Source of the DNA: an uncultured Desulfobacteraceae bacterium | Lineage (GTDB): Bacteria; Desulfobacterota; DSM-4660; Desulfatiglandales; Desulfatiglandaceae | Direction of reading: 5' to 3' | Assembly: GCA_964483185.1 (NCBI GenBank) | Contig: CAZACO010000001.1 | Coordinates: 1 to 26,575 of the forward strand | DNA length: 26,575 bases | In this document: in pieces, positions 23,296-26,575 of the stretch | Layout: the number at the start of each line of letters is the position of its first letter | Position numbering within the stretch: the stretch's first letter is position 1 | Made by a program: the position numbers and the translations under genes | Notes under the pieces: model-generated | What the model saw: only the letters and a program-made list of their open reading frames with translations | Database searches by the model: none | Told to the model about the DNA's origin: nothing

Positions 23296-25624
23296 GAACA
23301 AACTGCTCGTGGTAGGGACTCCCCCTCCCCCTTTGAGCAGAAAGTATACTATCGTCGGCAGGTCGCTGAACCGCAGAGACGGGCTGGAGAAGGTTACTGG
23401 ACGTGCTGAGTATGCGGGTGATATAAGGCTGCCTGATATGCTCTATGGAAAGATTCTCCGTTGTCCCCATCCGCGGGCCAGGATTTTGAAAATTGATACT
23501 CGCAAGGCGGAAAGTCTGCCGGGCATCCACGCTGTATTAACGACAGAGAACACCAAGGGTTGGCGCACCTACTGGTACGAAATTCCCCAGATAGCCTTTC
23601 CGGAGTGCCTCACCTACGAGGGTCAGGAAGTAGCCGCAGTTGCGGCCGAGGACGTGGATATCGCGCAAAGGGCCTTGGAACTCATCGAGGTAGAGTATGA
23701 GATCCTAACCCCGATGCTGAATGCGGAGGAAGTGCTGAATAGTCCACCCATCCCCTGCATTGCCGATGAAGAGTATCCCGGAAGGGAGCTTTTCGACCGA
23801 AAAAAAATGGTCGTAAAGCGAGGAGATGTGAAGAAAGGCTTTGCCGAAGCCGACGTCATCATTGAAGAGACCTATACAACCCAGACTTCCTACCATGGGA
23901 CGATCCAGACCCGGGCCTGTGTTGCCCATTGGGATGGGAAAAACCTTACCATTTGGGATGCCACCCAGGGGGTATGGAACTCAAAAGGAGCGCTGGCCAG
24001 GGCCTTCGACCTCAATCCGGAGAACGTCCGGGTAATTGTAAAGTACTTAGGAGGAGGGTTCGGCTCCAAGGCCTGGTCGCAGAGGATCTCTTTTTATGCG
24101 GCCAAACTTTCACTCATGACGGCGAGACCTGTCCGAATAGAGCGGACAAGGAGAGAGGAATTCTTGGCCCATCCTCACCGATGGGATATTAAATTCTATC
24201 TGAAGATGGGGGCCAGGAGAGATGGAACCCTGACCGCCATCTCCCAAAGAGCCATTGTAAATATCGGCGCGGCCGCGGCTGAAACCAATTACTATGCCAT
24301 CAGCATCAACTGGCATGCCTCCAATCTTTATGCCTGCCCGAACGTGGATCTCGAACAAACCGGGGTGTTCACCAACCTGCAACTCACAGGGCCGACCCGT
24401 GCTCCCTTCAATATGGCGGCGATCTTTGTAATTGAATCGCACATAGACAAATTGGCCCGTCGGTTGGGCATAGACCCGTTGCAATTGAGACTGAAGAACT
24501 ACACCGACTTCGGCAAAACGCATCTCGCTCCAGCCCTTTATGGTCAGGAGGTTAACATTCGATACGGGAGCAAAAAGCTGGACGAATGCATGAAGTGGGT
24601 GACGGAAGCGGTCGGGTGGGAGAGACGAAAAGATCTAAACAATCCTCCGGAAAGCCAAAAACGACGTGGAATTGGTATGGCGGCTTTTATCGCCAACCAG
24701 GGAAGCGGCCGAACGCCGAATACCGCCCATGCGGATGTGATCATCAAAAATGACGGAACCATCCATTTGTTGATCGGTGTGGTGGATATCGGCGCCGGAC
24801 AGCAAACGGTCTTTTCCATGATCGCGGCCGAGGAACTTGGGGTTAATTTCGAAGATGTCATTCCGATGGTCGGAGATACGAAGGATACGAAATATGCTCC
24901 TTCCTCCCACTCTTCACGTGTAACCGCCGAGATGGGCCCGGCCGTATTGATGGCGGCTGCGGAAGCCAGAGACCGACTCTTTGCCCTCGCCGGTAAAATG
25001 CTGGGAGTGAAACCGAATCTGCTCGAATCTAGATACGGGGAAATCTATCTGAAATCAGATAATTCCAAGTCTATCCCCTTTAAGGATGTGTGCAGAAAAA
25101 TAGATCCGAACCGGCCCATTAAAGGGAGTGGAAGCAGAGCGACCAATCCTGATGATCCCATGTTTGCCACATTCGGTGCCCACGCTGCAGAAGTAGAAGT
25201 GGATATGGGGACAGGGGAGGTGACCCTCTTGAGGATGGCCGCTGCACATGATTTCGGAAAGGCGATCAACCCAAAGCTTTGTGTATCACAAATCTACGGC
25301 GGTATAGAATTCGGCGTAGGATACGCCCTGATGGAAGAGGGTATCTTCGACCGGAGAACGGGAAAGATGCTCAATGCCAACCTGCATCATTACCGCATGC
25401 CCACTTCCCTCGATTTCCCTCCTGTAGAGGTCTTTCTGCTTGAAAGTGAGAATCCATGGTTCGCTTATTCTGCAAAGGGGGGGGCGGAAGTCACAAACAC
25501 CCCTACCCCGGCAGCCATAGGAAATGCCATCGCGAACGCACTGGGGGAAATCCGACTTAATGATTTGCCTCTGACAACAGATAAGATCATTCAGGCGATC
25601 CGTAACAAAAACAAAGAGGGTTAG
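23288..25624 (+). CDS. Xanthine dehydrogenase family molybdopterin-binding subunit 2 (PaoC/YagR-like)
   Basis: KVTGRAEYAGD, LGGGFGSK, TRAP (RAPG-type loop), DIGAGQ, SHSSRVT, QIYGG…GVG, AKGGAE. The start is ATG 23288, overlapping the stop of the small subunit. Confidence 0.94.
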   Translation: MDRNKLLVVGTPPPPLSRKYTIVGRSLNRRDGLEKVTGRAEYAGDIRLPDMLYGKILRCPHPRARILKIDTRKAESLPGIHAVLTTENTKGWRTYWYEIPQIAFPECLTYEGQEVAAVAAEDVDIAQRALELIEVEYEILTPMLNAEEVLNSPPIPCIADEEYPGRELFDRKKMVVKRGDVKKGFAEADVIIEETYTTQTSYHGTIQTRACVAHWDGKNLTIWDATQGVWNSKGALARAFDLNPENVRVIVKYLGGGFGSKAWSQRISFYAAKLSLMTARPVRIERTRREEFLAHPHRWDIKFYLKMGARRDGTLTAISQRAIVNIGAAAAETNYYAISINWHASNLYACPNVDLEQTGVFTNLQLTGPTRAPFNMAAIFVIESHIDKLARRLGIDPLQLRLKNYTDFGKTHLAPALYGQEVNIRYGSKKLDECMKWVTEAVGWERRKDLNNPPESQKRRGIGMAAFIANQGSGRTPNTAHADVIIKNDGTIHLLIGVVDIGAGQQTVFSMIAAEELGVNFEDVIPMVGDTKDTKYAPSSHSSRVTAEMGPAVLMAAAEARDRLFALAGKMLGVKPNLLESRYGEIYLKSDNSKSIPFKDVCRKIDPNRPIKGSGSRATNPDDPMFATFGAHAAEVEVDMGTGEVTLLRMAAAHDFGKAINPKLCVSQIYGGIEFGVGYALMEEGIFDRRTGKMLNANLHHYRMPTSLDFPPVEVFLLESENPWFAYSAKGGAEVTNTPTPAAIGNAIANALGEIRLNDLPLTTDKIIQAIRNKNKEG

Positions 25625-25628
25625 GCCC

Positions 25629-26575
25629 TTGCTTTACGAAATCCCTATTTTGAAACATATCGATGCGCAGAATGTCCAGGAGGCGATTTTCTGGCTACAC
25701 GATTATCTGCCGAGAGCAAAAGTGATAGCTGGGGGTACGGATCTGTTAAGTCTGATAAAAGACCGGGTGGAGGTCCCCGAACTTCTGGTCAACATTAAAC
25801 CGATTCCCCAGGCGAACCGGATGGATTATGACGAAAAACAAGGCTTACGCATAGGCGCTGCAGTTTCCTTGAAACAGCTGCAGTCGTGTAAGGTGATCCA
25901 AAAAAAATATCCTCTTTTAGCGGTCACCGCTCAGCAAGTCGGTACGACGCAGATTCGAAATATGGGCACAATCGGAGGGAATATCCTTCAGAGACCTCAG
26001 TGCATGTACTTTAGAAATCCTGATTTTTTTTGCCGCAAGAAGGGGAAAACCAGATGTTACGCCGTCACCGGGGAACACCGGGACTATTATGCCATTTTTG
26101 ACCATGGAAAATGCATCATGGCCCATCCCTCGGACATGGCTCCGGCTCTTGTTGCCCTAAGGGCCAAAGCCGTCGTGGTCAACAGGGAGGGAGAAAGGCA
26201 GGTCCCTTTAGAGGATCTGTTCGTGGGGCCGAATCACTTACAGGAGACGGTCCTGCAACCGGATGAATTGCTGTTAGGCTTCCATGTGCCGAACCCTGAC
26301 GGGCTGGCTTTTCAATCCTTCCTCAAACATCGAATCAGACGATCATTCGATTTTGCTCTAGCGAGCGTCGCCGTGGCTGCGAACCTATCAGACGGAATCT
26401 GTCTGGATATCAGGGTCGTCCTTGGGGGCGTCGCCCCTTTTCCGTACCTGAATTCAGATCTTTCGAAAATGCTTCAGGGAAAAAGGCTCACCCGGGAAAT
26501 CGCTCAGGAAACCGCAGAGGCATCAGTCAAAGGGGCCCGTCCGCTTCCTATGAACCGCTATAAGGTTGAACTGAC
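25629..26575 (+). CDS. Xanthine dehydrogenase family FAD subunit with [4Fe-4S] insertion (PaoB/YagS-like), 3' end outside the window; missed by the ORF track
   Basis: TTG 25629 after AAGAGGG; the frame is open to the window end. IAGGTDL, QIRNMGTIGGNILQRPQCMYFRNPDFFCRKKGKTRCYAVTGEHRDYYAIFDHGKCIMAHPSD (4 Cys), SFDFALAS, LGGVAP, ARPLPMNRYKVEL. Confidence 0.94.
   Translation, partial: MLYEIPILKHIDAQNVQEAIFWLHDYLPRAKVIAGGTDLLSLIKDRVEVPELLVNIKPIPQANRMDYDEKQGLRIGAAVSLKQLQSCKVIQKKYPLLAVTAQQVGTTQIRNMGTIGGNILQRPQCMYFRNPDFFCRKKGKTRCYAVTGEHRDYYAIFDHGKCIMAHPSDMAPALVALRAKAVVVNREGERQVPLEDLFVGPNHLQETVLQPDELLLGFHVPNPDGLAFQSFLKHRIRRSFDFALASVAVAANLSDGICLDIRVVLGGVAPFPYLNSDLSKMLQGKRLTREIAQETAEASVKGARPLPMNRYKVEL

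Overview
This is a bacterial chromosomal window, most likely from an anaerobic Desulfobacterota/deltaproteobacterium (inferred from gene order and content). It has four blocks. (1) 1-3896 (+) is the 3' end of an Rnf operon (probable rnfG end, rnfE, rnfA, rnfB) plus apbE. This Rnf is atypical. rnfB has an in-frame TGA at an Fe-S ligand Cys position, followed by a SECIS-like hairpin, so it is a probable selenoprotein that the ORF track truncates. rnfA carries an N-terminal lipoprotein/Ig-like domain. rnfE lacks one of its two conserved membrane Fe-ligand cysteines. (2) 3928-7683 (-) is the housekeeping operon rpsF-rpsR-yybS-rplI-dnaB, with a good sigma70 promoter and a candidate S6:S18 leader. 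(3) 7708-11486 (-) holds two tandem GDP-mannose 4,6-dehydratase paralogs, an M48 peptidase and a short RHS-core remnant. (4) 11702-26575 (+) is a co-oriented catabolic cluster of unknown substrate: GntR regulator, split tripartite tricarboxylate transporter, two different xanthine-dehydrogenase-family molybdoenzymes (one with Gln at the usual catalytic Glu), an FAH-family protein, an MBL-fold hydrolase and a DRE-TIM metallolyase. Several of these have non-canonical active-site motifs. No rRNA, tRNA, CRISPR array or intact mobile element was seen.
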